Shown here in pieces: positions 49,911 to 60,032 of a DNA stretch of 64,000 nucleotides. The stretch is from Planctomycetales bacterium (GTDB taxonomy: Bacteria; 4484-113), in NCBI GenBank assembly GCA_037441675.1, contig JBBIRS010000003.1, positions 96,001 to 160,000 of the forward strand. Direction: 5' to 3'. The notes under the pieces were generated by a model. It was given only the letters and a program-made list of their open reading frames with translations. It ran no database searches and was not told the DNA's origin. Made by a program: the position numbers and the translations under genes. Position 1 is the first letter of the stretch; every line of letters starts with the position of its first letter.

Positions 49911-51470
49911 ATGACTTCTCAATCGGGTTTAGGGCTAATAATTTGTGATGGTATATACGACAGACCTGGATTGTTCGCGCTTAGAATTTCCAATGGGAAG
50001 TTTTCAGAGATTGAGCAGATTACTCAGGATGAGGTTTCAAAACTCCTAGGAGCACAACCGCCACCGCTTGACTTAAGGGGGAAGATAATTCTTCCTGGTT
50101 TTGTGGATTCCCACGTTCACCTGATTGGAAGCGCGCTTTACTCTATGACGATTGATCTTGCTAGCGTGAAAAGCCTTGATGATATTTTTAGCATCATTCA
50201 GGTAAACGAACATACTATCGCTTCCTTTATTCTCGCAGGAAGACTTGATGTTTCAAAGCTTAAACCTGAGGAGAGAGAGAAGTTTCCTTCTTTTCTTGAA
50301 AGCGCCTTTGATATGCCAATCCTGATACGCTCGGTTGAACACCATTCAGCATTCTTGAACCGCTTAGCTTGGGAAAGGCTAGAGGTGGAAAAGCTTGCGG
50401 ATGAGTTGCAGATTAGTAAGAGGGAGCTTTCAAGGATGAGAAGCCTTGGTCGTATTAGCGGGAAACTTTATGAAGCTTTGGCGGAAAGACTTTACGATGA
50501 ATTCAGCGAAGAGGATAAAAAGCGATGCGTGGAGGATTTCCTAAAAACGTTGCCTCCCCTCGGAGTGACCTGCGTTCACTGCCTAGAGGGATATGGCTCA
50601 AATCCCGAAACTGATTTCAAGGTCATACTTGACGTAAATGAAAGAAAAAGTGAGATAGATTTGGTGCTTTATCCGAGAACTTTAGATGTTGGGGTTGTTA
50701 AAAAGTACGCACTTCCAAGGATTGGTGGATGCATTCTGATTGACGGCGCGGTTGGGGCGAGAACTGCAGCTTTTTCGTCTGAGTACAATGACAGTCAAGA
50801 CAATTTTGGAATAATTTACTTCAGCGATGAGAAACTTAAGAAGCTAATACATTCTTGCGCGAGTGAAAAGATACAACTTGCGGTGCACGCCATTGGAGAT
50901 TCTGCGATTGAACAGGTGTTATGTGCCTGCGAAGAGGTTGCCAAGTTGGTTGATCTGGAGCCATTGAGAATCAGGATTGAGCATTTATGCGGTGGGACAA
51001 GAGAACAGATTGAGCGCGCCGGCAAACTTGGCATTACTAGCGGAATGCAACCCGCTTTTGACCACTTTTTTGGAGGAAGAAATGGCGTTTATGCCTCTGC
51101 GCTGGGTGAGGAGAGGGCGCTTAGAATGAACCCCATACGCACAGCGTTTTGTTCTAAGATGAAAATTGGTGGAGGCTCTGATTCACCAATAACTCCACTC
51201 AACCCAGCCCTTGGAATTTACTCTGCGTGCAACCATAACAATCCTTCTGAAAGGCTTAGCTTTCAGGAGGCGGTTTGCCTATTTACCGAAGGAAGCGCAT
51301 ATCTTGCCTGTGAAGAGAACCTTAGGGGGAAAATTGAAAAAGGGTATCTTGCTGATTATGTGGTTTTCTCAAAAGGGTTAAATGGGGAAAACATACTTGC
51401 TAGTGCGCCTCTTTTAACAGTGAAGAGCGGAATAATCACTTATAATCCCGAAGAAGCTCATTGTTCCTAG
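49911..51470 (+). CDS. Amidohydrolase 3 (YtcJ-like)
   Basis: PGFVDSHVH, DGAVGARTA, VHAIGD, RIEH, GSDSP, G.I..G.LAD. Confidence 0.9.
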   Translation: MTSQSGLGLIICDGIYDRPGLFALRISNGKFSEIEQITQDEVSKLLGAQPPPLDLRGKIILPGFVDSHVHLIGSALYSMTIDLASVKSLDDIFSIIQVNEHTIASFILAGRLDVSKLKPEEREKFPSFLESAFDMPILIRSVEHHSAFLNRLAWERLEVEKLADELQISKRELSRMRSLGRISGKLYEALAERLYDEFSEEDKKRCVEDFLKTLPPLGVTCVHCLEGYGSNPETDFKVILDVNERKSEIDLVLYPRTLDVGVVKKYALPRIGGCILIDGAVGARTAAFSSEYNDSQDNFGIIYFSDEKLKKLIHSCASEKIQLAVHAIGDSAIEQVLCACEEVAKLVDLEPLRIRIEHLCGGTREQIERAGKLGITSGMQPAFDHFFGGRNGVYASALGEERALRMNPIRTAFCSKMKIGGGSDSPITPLNPALGIYSACNHNNPSERLSFQEAVCLFTEGSAYLACEENLRGKIEKGYLADYVVFSKGLNGENILASAPLLTVKSGIITYNPEEAHCS

Positions 51471-51634
51471 CTTTAGCATTTTGCTTGATTGAAATCAAGC
51501 TTATAATAATTATATCTAGTCTAAGTCTCAATATTATGATATTTTATAATGGGCTGTGTTCGGTAGTGAGAAGGATATATAAATTGTTCCTATTAGACTG
51601 GTCATCTTTTCTTTGATAAACTGATTGATGCTTT

Positions 51635-52339
51635 ATGGCGAAACCTATTAGTTTATATGGAGTGAGAAGGAAGGTTCTGGACTTGATAAGAAACGGCAAA
51701 TTTTACGAGACATTTTTAGGCAAGGGAGAATCATCAAAGGATGGCTCTATTATCTTCGAGAGAAAGGGATGGAAGTACGAAATCGCTTCAGGTGGCTCTT
51801 CATCTTACTTCACCGGCTGGATAACCTTTGCGGTAGAAGAGCTGGAACCTGAGCTTAGTAAGCTTGATAGTCTGGGAATCAAGCATGAGGAGTTGATACC
51901 GCCGTGGTTGGAGCCTGAGGCTAAGGTCTCTCGCTTCTTTGAGCCTGACGGATTGATGCTTCAACTTGAGGAAAGCACGGGCATAACCGGAGGTAAGGAC
52001 GACATAGTTCTTGGAGTGAGAGATTTTCGCAAGGCGATTAGGACTTATACCAAGGCTTTTGGCTTTGAGGTTATAAGAAATGAATCAATTTTCGCGGAAC
52101 TTACATTGAATGATGGACCTGTTCTGTGTTTATTAAAGGTTGATCAAGTATTAAAGCCACTTGGAACAATCATTTTAGAGACGGGGGATCTACCATCAAG
52201 TCTTCAAGCTATTGAAGATGCGGGGCTAAGAATAATCGGTGAGCCCAAAATTCAAGAGGATGGAACAAACACCGCCTTGATTAGGGATGATGATGAAAAC
52301 ATTTTCTTATTGCGGAGTTGCAAAGATTCAGGCATGTAG
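51635..52339 (+). CDS. VOC/glyoxalase family protein (two domains)
   Basis: F.VE.L......L, FF.PDG..L.L, Y...FGF, IRD.D.N...L. Confidence 0.7.
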   Translation: MAKPISLYGVRRKVLDLIRNGKFYETFLGKGESSKDGSIIFERKGWKYEIASGGSSSYFTGWITFAVEELEPELSKLDSLGIKHEELIPPWLEPEAKVSRFFEPDGLMLQLEESTGITGGKDDIVLGVRDFRKAIRTYTKAFGFEVIRNESIFAELTLNDGPVLCLLKVDQVLKPLGTIILETGDLPSSLQAIEDAGLRIIGEPKIQEDGTNTALIRDDDENIFLLRSCKDSGM

Positions 52340-52456
52340 TAATATATTATTCATATCTAGATAATAAATTAGTGGAGTTATAGTGGATTTTCAAATAAAA
52401 GTGATTTCTGCCCCTATGGTTCAGTCGGGAGAGAAATTGCTAGAAATTAGTAAATT

Positions 52457-55438
52457 ATGAGCACTGAGGTTAAAGGTATTCCGTATGGTCAGCAACATGA
52501 CCAGCTAAGCACATCCTTACTTGAAGACCTTCAGTCCCTGTTTGAGACAAGCAAGGACCCAATGACGCGTAGCGCGCTTAAGCTTGAAGCTGGTGAGTTA
52601 AGAAATCTTGCCATACTCTTTCTTGATATTCAAGGGTTTACTACACTCTCAGAAAGGCTAAAGGCTGAAGAGGTTCACAAGCTTATAGATAGGATTTTCA
52701 AGATACTTACCAATCTTATCCAACGACATGATGGTTATGTAGATAAGTACTTAGGAGATGGGCTTTTGGCGGTTTTCGGCGGGAAGGGGAAGGCTGAAGC
52801 CTGCTGTGAGAGAGCGGTTAGGGCTGGTCTTTCAGTTCTTGATAGTGTTGGGTCTATAAATGAGATACTTTCCCCACACGGAATTGAAATTAAGATTCGT
52901 ATTGGGATAAATTACGGAGAAGTTTCGATCGGTTCAGTTGGCTCGTTAGGGACATGGGATACCGTGATGGGAGACACGGTGAATACCGCCCAGCGAATCC
53001 AAAGTGCCGCAAGACCCAACACCATTTTAGTGACTCGTAGTATTACGCGAATGCTTGGTGATGCGTTCTTATATACCAATGAAAGAGACATTATCATAAA
53101 GGGTAAGGCGGATGCACTTCCTGTGGTGGAGGTCTCGGGGGTAAATGTTAGAAAAAGTGAGCGTTGGGAGAGGCACCACCTTGCCGCTAAGATCCCCTTT
53201 GTGGGAAGGATTAAAGAGTTGGATATGCTTTCCAACATTTGCGATGAGGCAAAGTTGACCTGCTATCCGCCAGAATTTTGGGATATAGGAAGCACGGAGA
53301 TTCATTACCGAAATCGCCTGATTGGCGTTAAGGGGGGAGCTGGTTTCGGGAAGAGCAGACTTGTGAACGAGTTCTTCCGTCGTTTAAGATTGCAAGAAGG
53401 CTCCGCGCCATTAATCATCATTGGTGAGTGCCCTAACTATCCAACTAGTTATTTACACCCCTTTGCGTCAATGCTTTATCGCGAGCTTCAGCTATCTCCC
53501 AACGCAAGTCCCAAGGAGAAGACTTTTTATTTAGAGAGCTTTTATCAAGAATTGTTGGAGTCCCTGCCTGACACCCTCTCCTCACTTAAGGAAAGATTAT
53601 TATCTACGAAAATTGCTGTTTTTCACCAGCTTTCAGCAAGCGCTGACTATTCTAAATTTAATGAGCTTGACGCAAAATCGGAGGACATTGAGAAAAGGCT
53701 TGGTTTTCGTTCCATTATAGAGGCTTTATATTACAAGAAGAACTTAAGGCACTTGGATATCATTAAAGATTTTTGGGACAAGAAACCGAGCACCATCAGG
53801 GCATCCGTGAATAAACCCGGACGGAAAATTCCGCCTCTTCCAGAGGATTGTCCGTTGAACACGGTAATAATACTGGTAGACGACCTTCATTTTGCCCAAT
53901 CCGCTACCGTTGATTATATTCAGTTCTTATTGGAGACCACTTGTCTTCCTCAACCAATGATAGTAATGGTGAATTTTCGAACGGAATACCACCTTCCACC
54001 CACTTTGCTTAAGTGCGTTCAACCTGTGGAAGTTATGGTTGGGGAGTTAAGAGAAATTGAGCTTCGCACCATACTATCAGCAATGCTTGATGGTTATAGG
54101 ATACCACTTGAGCTTGAGTTAGAGATATTTAAGAAGTGTGATGGTAACCCCTTTTACCTTGAGGAAATTGTTTATTACATGCTTGTTGAAGGTTTTCTTG
54201 TGTTTGATGAGAGTGCGCAGGGTTACCAACTTACAAGACCTCTTTCTGAGTTTAGAATACCTGCGCATCTGAATGACCTAGCAGTTGGAAGAATTGACAG
54301 TCTGGATAAGCCATTAAAGGTTTTGGCGCAGAAGGCTAGTGTTCTTGGGCGTGAGTTTTCCTATGGAGACTTGGTTAAGTTAGAAGAAAGACTTGGGCTC
54401 TCCGTTAACGGCGAGATTGAAAATGCTTTGGAGACGCTTGTTGACGCTCAGATCCTAATCCGAAAAGAAGAAGGCGAGAATGGCAAAGGCGAGGATGAAG
54501 CTTATATGTTTCGCCACGCAATTCAGCAAGAAGCCGCTTACAGGACGCTTCTATACCGCAACCGAAGAACACTTCACAGAATTGCTGCAGAAATTTATGA
54601 GGAGAAATATGCGGATGATATTGATGGACACGTTGAATTCCTAGCCTACCATAATGAGAATGCTGGTAATCTTGCAAAAGCTTGTGAATATTGGATTAGA
54701 TTTGCGGAGATATTGAACCTGCGTGGACAGTTTAAGCAATGCAGTGAAGTTCTTGAGCGTGTTCCAAAAATTATCGCTCAAATAGAGGACTCTCCTGAAG
54801 TTGCGCTACAACTAAGCCTTAAAGCTAAAATTGCCCAAGCTCACGTTTATATTAGCCTGCTTCGGCATCAGGAAGCTGAGGATTTGTGCCAAGAAGCGGG
54901 AGCAATAGCTAGGGTTAACGGTCTGCAAGCTTTTATCGCCGATGTTGAAAGAACGATGGGAATTATTTGCCGTGAAAGACATCGTTATCTTAACGCTGAG
55001 GAGCAGTTTAATGGTTCACTAGTTATTGCAAGGGAGTTAGGTGATAAACGTAGAGAGGCACGCGCATTGAACAACCTTGGTCTCCTCTATTGGGAGTTAC
55101 AGCAGTATGACCGTTCTCTGGAGATGTTTGCCCAGGCTTTGGAGATAGCGAAGGAATTGGGACAAAAGCGAGAAATAGCCGCAGCATTAAATAACACTGG
55201 CTTAGCCTATGGTCATAAGAGTGGTTATAAGGAAGGATTGGACTATCTGGAAGAAGCCTTACTAATTGTGCAAGATGTTGGAGATAGATGGGCGGAGGCT
55301 AATGTTTTAGCCAACATTGGCCTCTTTCATGCAAACCGCGGTAGGTATGACTTAGTAAAACAGTATACTCCAAAAGCTGAAAGAATCAGGGCTGAGCTTG
55401 GAATTAAGGGTAGAGCTCTTACCGCCTGGTGGGTATAA
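52457..55438 (+). CDS. Class III adenylate cyclase fused to STAND-type ATPase and TPRs
   Basis: LFLDIQGFT, DKYLGDG, GDTVNTAQR; FVGR..EL, GGAGFGKS, VDDLH, GNPFYLEE; C-terminal TPRs. Confidence 0.92.
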   Translation: MSTEVKGIPYGQQHDQLSTSLLEDLQSLFETSKDPMTRSALKLEAGELRNLAILFLDIQGFTTLSERLKAEEVHKLIDRIFKILTNLIQRHDGYVDKYLGDGLLAVFGGKGKAEACCERAVRAGLSVLDSVGSINEILSPHGIEIKIRIGINYGEVSIGSVGSLGTWDTVMGDTVNTAQRIQSAARPNTILVTRSITRMLGDAFLYTNERDIIIKGKADALPVVEVSGVNVRKSERWERHHLAAKIPFVGRIKELDMLSNICDEAKLTCYPPEFWDIGSTEIHYRNRLIGVKGGAGFGKSRLVNEFFRRLRLQEGSAPLIIIGECPNYPTSYLHPFASMLYRELQLSPNASPKEKTFYLESFYQELLESLPDTLSSLKERLLSTKIAVFHQLSASADYSKFNELDAKSEDIEKRLGFRSIIEALYYKKNLRHLDIIKDFWDKKPSTIRASVNKPGRKIPPLPEDCPLNTVIILVDDLHFAQSATVDYIQFLLETTCLPQPMIVMVNFRTEYHLPPTLLKCVQPVEVMVGELREIELRTILSAMLDGYRIPLELELEIFKKCDGNPFYLEEIVYYMLVEGFLVFDESAQGYQLTRPLSEFRIPAHLNDLAVGRIDSLDKPLKVLAQKASVLGREFSYGDLVKLEERLGLSVNGEIENALETLVDAQILIRKEEGENGKGEDEAYMFRHAIQQEAAYRTLLYRNRRTLHRIAAEIYEEKYADDIDGHVEFLAYHNENAGNLAKACEYWIRFAEILNLRGQFKQCSEVLERVPKIIAQIEDSPEVALQLSLKAKIAQAHVYISLLRHQEAEDLCQEAGAIARVNGLQAFIADVERTMGIICRERHRYLNAEEQFNGSLVIARELGDKRREARALNNLGLLYWELQQYDRSLEMFAQALEIAKELGQKREIAAALNNTGLAYGHKSGYKEGLDYLEEALLIVQDVGDRWAEANVLANIGLFHANRGRYDLVKQYTPKAERIRAELGIKGRALTAWWV

Positions 55439-55645
55439 GCTCTCGGCGTTTGATAACAATAGCATACTACGTTTTAGAATTTGTTAATAGAATCGCTAAA
55501 AGTTTATTTCCCTCATATCTAATAACTTTATATTTCAATAACCCATATTCAATAAAGATAAACTTTGCGAGAAAGAGAATAAATGTGAAATCGCAATCCC
55601 TCATATACCTGATTGTATGTGTTTAGAAGAAATACTATTGAAGTT

Positions 55646-56752
55646 TTAGCAGTCCTGATTTTTGAAAAACTCTCTTCTAAGCGCATCCAAAAAGCCCTTG
55701 AACTCAAAGAGTTGAGGAACGAACAGTCTGTAATACTCATCAATTTCGCCACTTATAGGTTTATAAGTGGAGAAATCGGCGCTTCGCCATGGGTCGGTAA
55801 CTAGATAAAGGGTGCCCTCCTTGTCCACAGTAATCCCTTCAAGGGAATAGTACTGAAATTCCCTTCCAAATGGGTCAACAAGTTCTTGAATTGGCATTGG
55901 TAGGGCATTCTCCGGGCAAAGTTCTTTTGTTTTCTGTTTCAAAATTTTCTCAACGTTGAAATTGCGGATTGCGAAAATTTTACTTGCGTTCCTATCACAG
56001 ACGAGCAGAGTCTTTAGCTCAACGCAAAAGAAAAGTCCGGAACAACTGAGAAAATAATCTGGAAGCTTAATATGCTGAATAAACTTGTGGGTGGTTACAT
56101 CGTCTGTGCCCAAAAAGAGCTTGTAGATGCTTAAGTAGGGAGGTAGGGGTGGAAATGAGAACTGATTTCCCTCCCATCCGACAATGAGGTAATTATTTTC
56201 CGGATCAAAGGCTAAACCCTCAGGACCTGTATTGCTTTTCTTTTTGTAACCAGGTGGAAGTTCAAGCTTGATTCTCTCATCAAGGATAAATTTATCTTCA
56301 AGTAGACTAAGGATTCTTACCTCTGTATCTCCAGCTTCAAGGGTAACCGCAATTTCTTTGGTGGCGGGAAGTAGTGTTACTTCCTCTAAGTCTAGGTTGT
56401 TTCTCCATTCAGGAATACGGATTGAAAGCATATTTGAGAGATAATGATCAGTGAGATTAAAGAGAAAGACATTACCCGAATCATCACCAACCGAAATAAA
56501 TCGATAGCCTGGAAATACATTCATGTATTCAGGGTAATCGCCTAGTGCATAAATTCCACTAGTTTGGTCCTGGCTGGAAGTGGGCTGACCTGGTAGTGCT
56601 AACCAGTAGCTTACGTTCTCCTCTATTTTTGTGTTTCCAACCTGTATGTAACCTTTTGCGAGGGTTGTGATAGGCTGAGACAGCAAGATAAACATAATTA
56701 GAGATGATAGAGCCAGCGAAGTACTCATGTGGGATTCATAATGGATTCTCAT
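55646..56752 (-). CDS. Secreted beta-propeller protein (SdiA-regulated/phytase-like)
   Basis: Signal peptide; DLEEV, N.GPEGLAFD, EGITVD..G.LY.V.D. Confidence 0.6.
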   Translation of the reverse strand: MRIHYESHMSTSLALSSLIMFILLSQPITTLAKGYIQVGNTKIEENVSYWLALPGQPTSSQDQTSGIYALGDYPEYMNVFPGYRFISVGDDSGNVFLFNLTDHYLSNMLSIRIPEWRNNLDLEEVTLLPATKEIAVTLEAGDTEVRILSLLEDKFILDERIKLELPPGYKKKSNTGPEGLAFDPENNYLIVGWEGNQFSFPPLPPYLSIYKLFLGTDDVTTHKFIQHIKLPDYFLSCSGLFFCVELKTLLVCDRNASKIFAIRNFNVEKILKQKTKELCPENALPMPIQELVDPFGREFQYYSLEGITVDKEGTLYLVTDPWRSADFSTYKPISGEIDEYYRLFVPQLFEFKGFLDALRREFFKNQDC

Positions 56753-56889
56753 TTATCTATACCTCCTAACACTTTTCAGATTTTACAAAAAGATGATTTT
56801 TCTGTCTGGGAATTTTAATCTCATTCCAAACGGTGTTGCAATTATAATTGTGCTATTCTCATTAGTGATATCTAACAGGTGGGCGCTTA

Positions 56890-57393
56890 ATGTTCAGAAC
56901 AATAGAAGATTTTCTAACGGTCTGGAACCAAGAAGCTCGAATAACAAGCAAACTCTTCGCAGGCTTAACGGATGAGTTGCTCGGTAGGAAAGTAACAGAG
57001 GAGGAAAGAGATATCGCTAGGATCGCTTGACATATCATAGTTACAATTTCAGAAATGATGGGACGATGCGGTTTAGTACTACCGCAGTTGGATGAGAACT
57101 CTCCTATTCCATCAAGTGCGGAGGTACTTAAGGATACTTATGAAAAACTGGCGCATGCCCTTTACAAGGCTGTGATGACCAATTGGGCTGACGAGACGCT
57201 ACTTGTTGAAGATGAAATGTACGGGGAGAGATGGAAGCGCGGGCAAACTTTGCTTGCCCTCGTGTCCCATCAAGCTCACCATCGTAACCAGATTAGCGTG
57301 CTTGTTCGTCAAGCAGGATTAAAGCCAACAAGTATTTATGGCCCAACCCGTGAGCAGTGGGCAGAGTATGGTATGGAAGCACCAAAGGTATGA
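56890..57393 (+). pseudogene. DinB family protein with premature stop
   Basis: MFRTIEDFL..W..E...T from ATG 56890; in-frame TGA at 57028 in RIA*HI (Trp position); C-terminal HQAHHR.Q...RQAG..P..YGP. Confidence 0.85.
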
Positions 57394-57621
57394 ACGATTT
57401 AGCTTCCTTGTAATACTTTAATTGACGGCTTTACAACAATGAACGGCTTTACAACTGCCCGAAAAGTATTATGATTATTTAACCTTAATGTGCCAGGGCT
57501 TAGCAAGGTAGATGATATTGTTGATAAAGTATTAACAAGAGATTATTATCTCTGTATAATAACTCCCTCTTAAATCCTTTATCTAAATTTTAATTGAAAT
57601 TATTCGGAGGAAAAAGTATCA

Positions 57622-59775
57622 ATGGCATTACTCTTTGTGAACAACAGTACAATCAGTGAGTTTATGTGGCTTGCTGTGCCTATTGGTTCTGCCATCGCTC
57701 TATTAACAGCGGTTTATTTTATCTTCTGGGTATTGAAGCAGGAAAGAGGGACAGAAAAGATGCAGGAGGTTGCTCGGGCGATACGTGAGGGTGCGTTCGC
57801 TTTTCTTAGAAGGCAGTACGGGACTATTTACGGCATCTCCTTTCTAGTTGTAATAATACTTTTCTTTGTTCCAATGACGGATGAGCATGGCGAAAGAATT
57901 CCAGGATACATCTTATCCCTATCGTTCTTGTTGGGAGCGATATGCTCTGGGCTTGCTGGTTACATTGGGATGTATACCTCAGTTATCAGCAATTTGAGAG
58001 CAGCGAAAGGCGCGATGAAATCCCTGAATAGCGCCTTACAAATCGCGCTACGTGGGGGCGCAGTTACGGGAATTTTTGTTGTTGCTCTTTCTCTTATAGG
58101 AGTTGGAACTCTATATTGGGTTGTTGCAGATGTTCTTGGTTATGCCAATAAAGCACCGCTATTCATTGTGGGTTTTGGCTTTGGCGCCAGTTTTGTTGCC
58201 CTATTTGCTCAGTTAGGCGGAGGGATTTACACGAAGGCGGCTGACGTTGGTGCTGACCTTGTCGGTAAGGTCGAGGCAGGTATCCCGGAGGATGACCCAA
58301 GAAACCCCGCGGTTATCGCAGACTTAGTTGGCGATAATGTTGGCGACTGCGCAGGTCGCGGTGCTGACCTCTTTGAATCTACTGCCGCTGAGAATATCGG
58401 CGCTATGATACTTGGTGTGGGGCTTTTTCATTTCTTTGGTCTTGGTGGAATTCTCTTCCCACTAGTGGTTCGAGCCTTTGGGCTTCTTGCATCAATTATC
58501 GGCGTTTTCTTTAGCCATGTGAAAGAACACGAAAATCCAATGAGTGGGTTGAAACGCGGATACTTTGTGACATCCATTTTAGCGGTTATAGGAATTGCGG
58601 TTTCAACCTACTTTATGTTAAACGCGGAGGGAGTGCGGTGGTACTTCTTTTTTCTGGCAGGCGTTGTCGGTGTGGTTTTAGCTTACGTATTTGTGGCGGT
58701 AACGCAGTACTACACTGATTACTACTATAAGCCTGTTCTTGGTATAGCGGAGGCTACAACTACGGGGCCCGCCACAGCGGTTATACGGGGAACTGCGGTT
58801 GGATTTGAAAGCACCGCCATTCCAACTATTGCGATTGTGATAGCGATTATTTCCGCCTTTGAGTTTGGCAAGCTAGCGTTTGCTGGCGTGCCCGGAGTAT
58901 CGCTACTATCTGCTGGGCTTTATGGAACTGCGGTTGCAACAATGGGTATGCTTTCCACCTGCGCATTTATCCTTGCGATGGATACCTTTGGGCCCATCAC
59001 GGATAATGCAGGAGGAATAGTCCAGATGAGCGGTCTAGAAGATACCATTAGGGAAAGAGCTGATAGGCTAGATTCAACCGGGAATTCAACTAAAGCGATA
59101 ACCAAGGGCTACGCGGTTGGTTCTGCGGCGCTTGCCGCATTCCTCTTGTTCGCCGCTTACATTGACAAGGTCAAATTTGCCAGCGGGATACCCCTTGAAG
59201 CTGAGTATCCTATTGATATTGGAAAGCCGGAAGTTTTTGCCGCTGCGTTTATCGGCTGTATGGTAGTGCTTCTCTTTAGCGCGTGGGCGATTAAGGCGGT
59301 TGGTAGGGCTGCTCAATCTGTTATCCAGGAGGTAAGAAGACAGATAAGGGAGCTTGGCATTCTAGAAGGAAGAAATAAACCAAATTACGCTAGATGCGTT
59401 GATATTGTAACCGTTGGCGCGCTTAATGAGATGGTATTACCTGGAATTTTGCCAGCAATAGCCGCGCTTATTGTTGGAATTACCCTAAAGGCGGAAGCGG
59501 TAGCTGCCTTCCTAATGGTTGCTACCATCACTGGAGTAATTATTGCGCTTTATCTAAATAACTCGGGTGGAGCGATGGACAACGCCAAAAAGTACGTAGA
59601 GTTAGGCAACTACGGTGGTAAGGGAAGCGATGCACACAAAGCAGGGGTGGTTATTGATACGGTCGGTGATCCATTCAAGGACACCGCAGGTCCAAGTATC
59701 CACGTTCTTATAAAGCTGTTGTCAACTATTACGCTTGTCCTGTCTGGGCTTTTTATCAGTAGTGGATACTTTTAA
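57622..59775 (+). CDS. hppA: Membrane-bound pyrophosphatase, K+-independent H+-pumping type
   Basis: GGGIYTKAADVGADLVGKVE, DNVGD, GPITDNAGG, DTVGDPFKDT. GNSTK has Lys at the K+-dependence determinant. Confidence 0.96.
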   Translation: MALLFVNNSTISEFMWLAVPIGSAIALLTAVYFIFWVLKQERGTEKMQEVARAIREGAFAFLRRQYGTIYGISFLVVIILFFVPMTDEHGERIPGYILSLSFLLGAICSGLAGYIGMYTSVISNLRAAKGAMKSLNSALQIALRGGAVTGIFVVALSLIGVGTLYWVVADVLGYANKAPLFIVGFGFGASFVALFAQLGGGIYTKAADVGADLVGKVEAGIPEDDPRNPAVIADLVGDNVGDCAGRGADLFESTAAENIGAMILGVGLFHFFGLGGILFPLVVRAFGLLASIIGVFFSHVKEHENPMSGLKRGYFVTSILAVIGIAVSTYFMLNAEGVRWYFFFLAGVVGVVLAYVFVAVTQYYTDYYYKPVLGIAEATTTGPATAVIRGTAVGFESTAIPTIAIVIAIISAFEFGKLAFAGVPGVSLLSAGLYGTAVATMGMLSTCAFILAMDTFGPITDNAGGIVQMSGLEDTIRERADRLDSTGNSTKAITKGYAVGSAALAAFLLFAAYIDKVKFASGIPLEAEYPIDIGKPEVFAAAFIGCMVVLLFSAWAIKAVGRAAQSVIQEVRRQIRELGILEGRNKPNYARCVDIVTVGALNEMVLPGILPAIAALIVGITLKAEAVAAFLMVATITGVIIALYLNNSGGAMDNAKKYVELGNYGGKGSDAHKAGVVIDTVGDPFKDTAGPSIHVLIKLLSTITLVLSGLFISSGYF

Positions 59776-59816
59776 GAAGAATCTGCGGTAAACAACAAGA
59801 GTTAGACTGTTTATTA

Positions 59817-59976
59817 TGGGAATTCTTCAGTAGGCTTGCCCGCCACTGCGGGGTACAAGTCCCCTTCAGGGTGAACCTGCCCAAGAGGAGGGGAAGAGGC
59901 ACGCCTTAAACGGGCGTGATCCAGATTTTAGAGCAAACACTCCGCCCTACGGGTTCTTAGTTTGGAATAGTCAAAC
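59817..59976 (+). ncRNA. Candidate structured RNA in a convergent intergenic gap
   Basis: Closing helices enclosing three or four hairpins; G-U pairs favour the + strand. Confidence 0.45.
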
Positions 59977-60032
59977 CGATAAAAGTAGGCAACGGTTTAA
60001 CGATTGAACTTGGGATAATTAAACGAAGAAGA

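Noticed and set aside
57028..57030. TGA=Trp genetic code reassignment
   Set aside because: TGA ends conserved genes at their normal positions (e.g. rpmH), and TGG is used for Trp throughout.
59836..59850. TGCCCGCCACTG resembling a cobalamin riboswitch core
   Set aside because: Other conserved elements (B12 box, GGTGxAAxTCC) are absent and there is no downstream gene on that strand.
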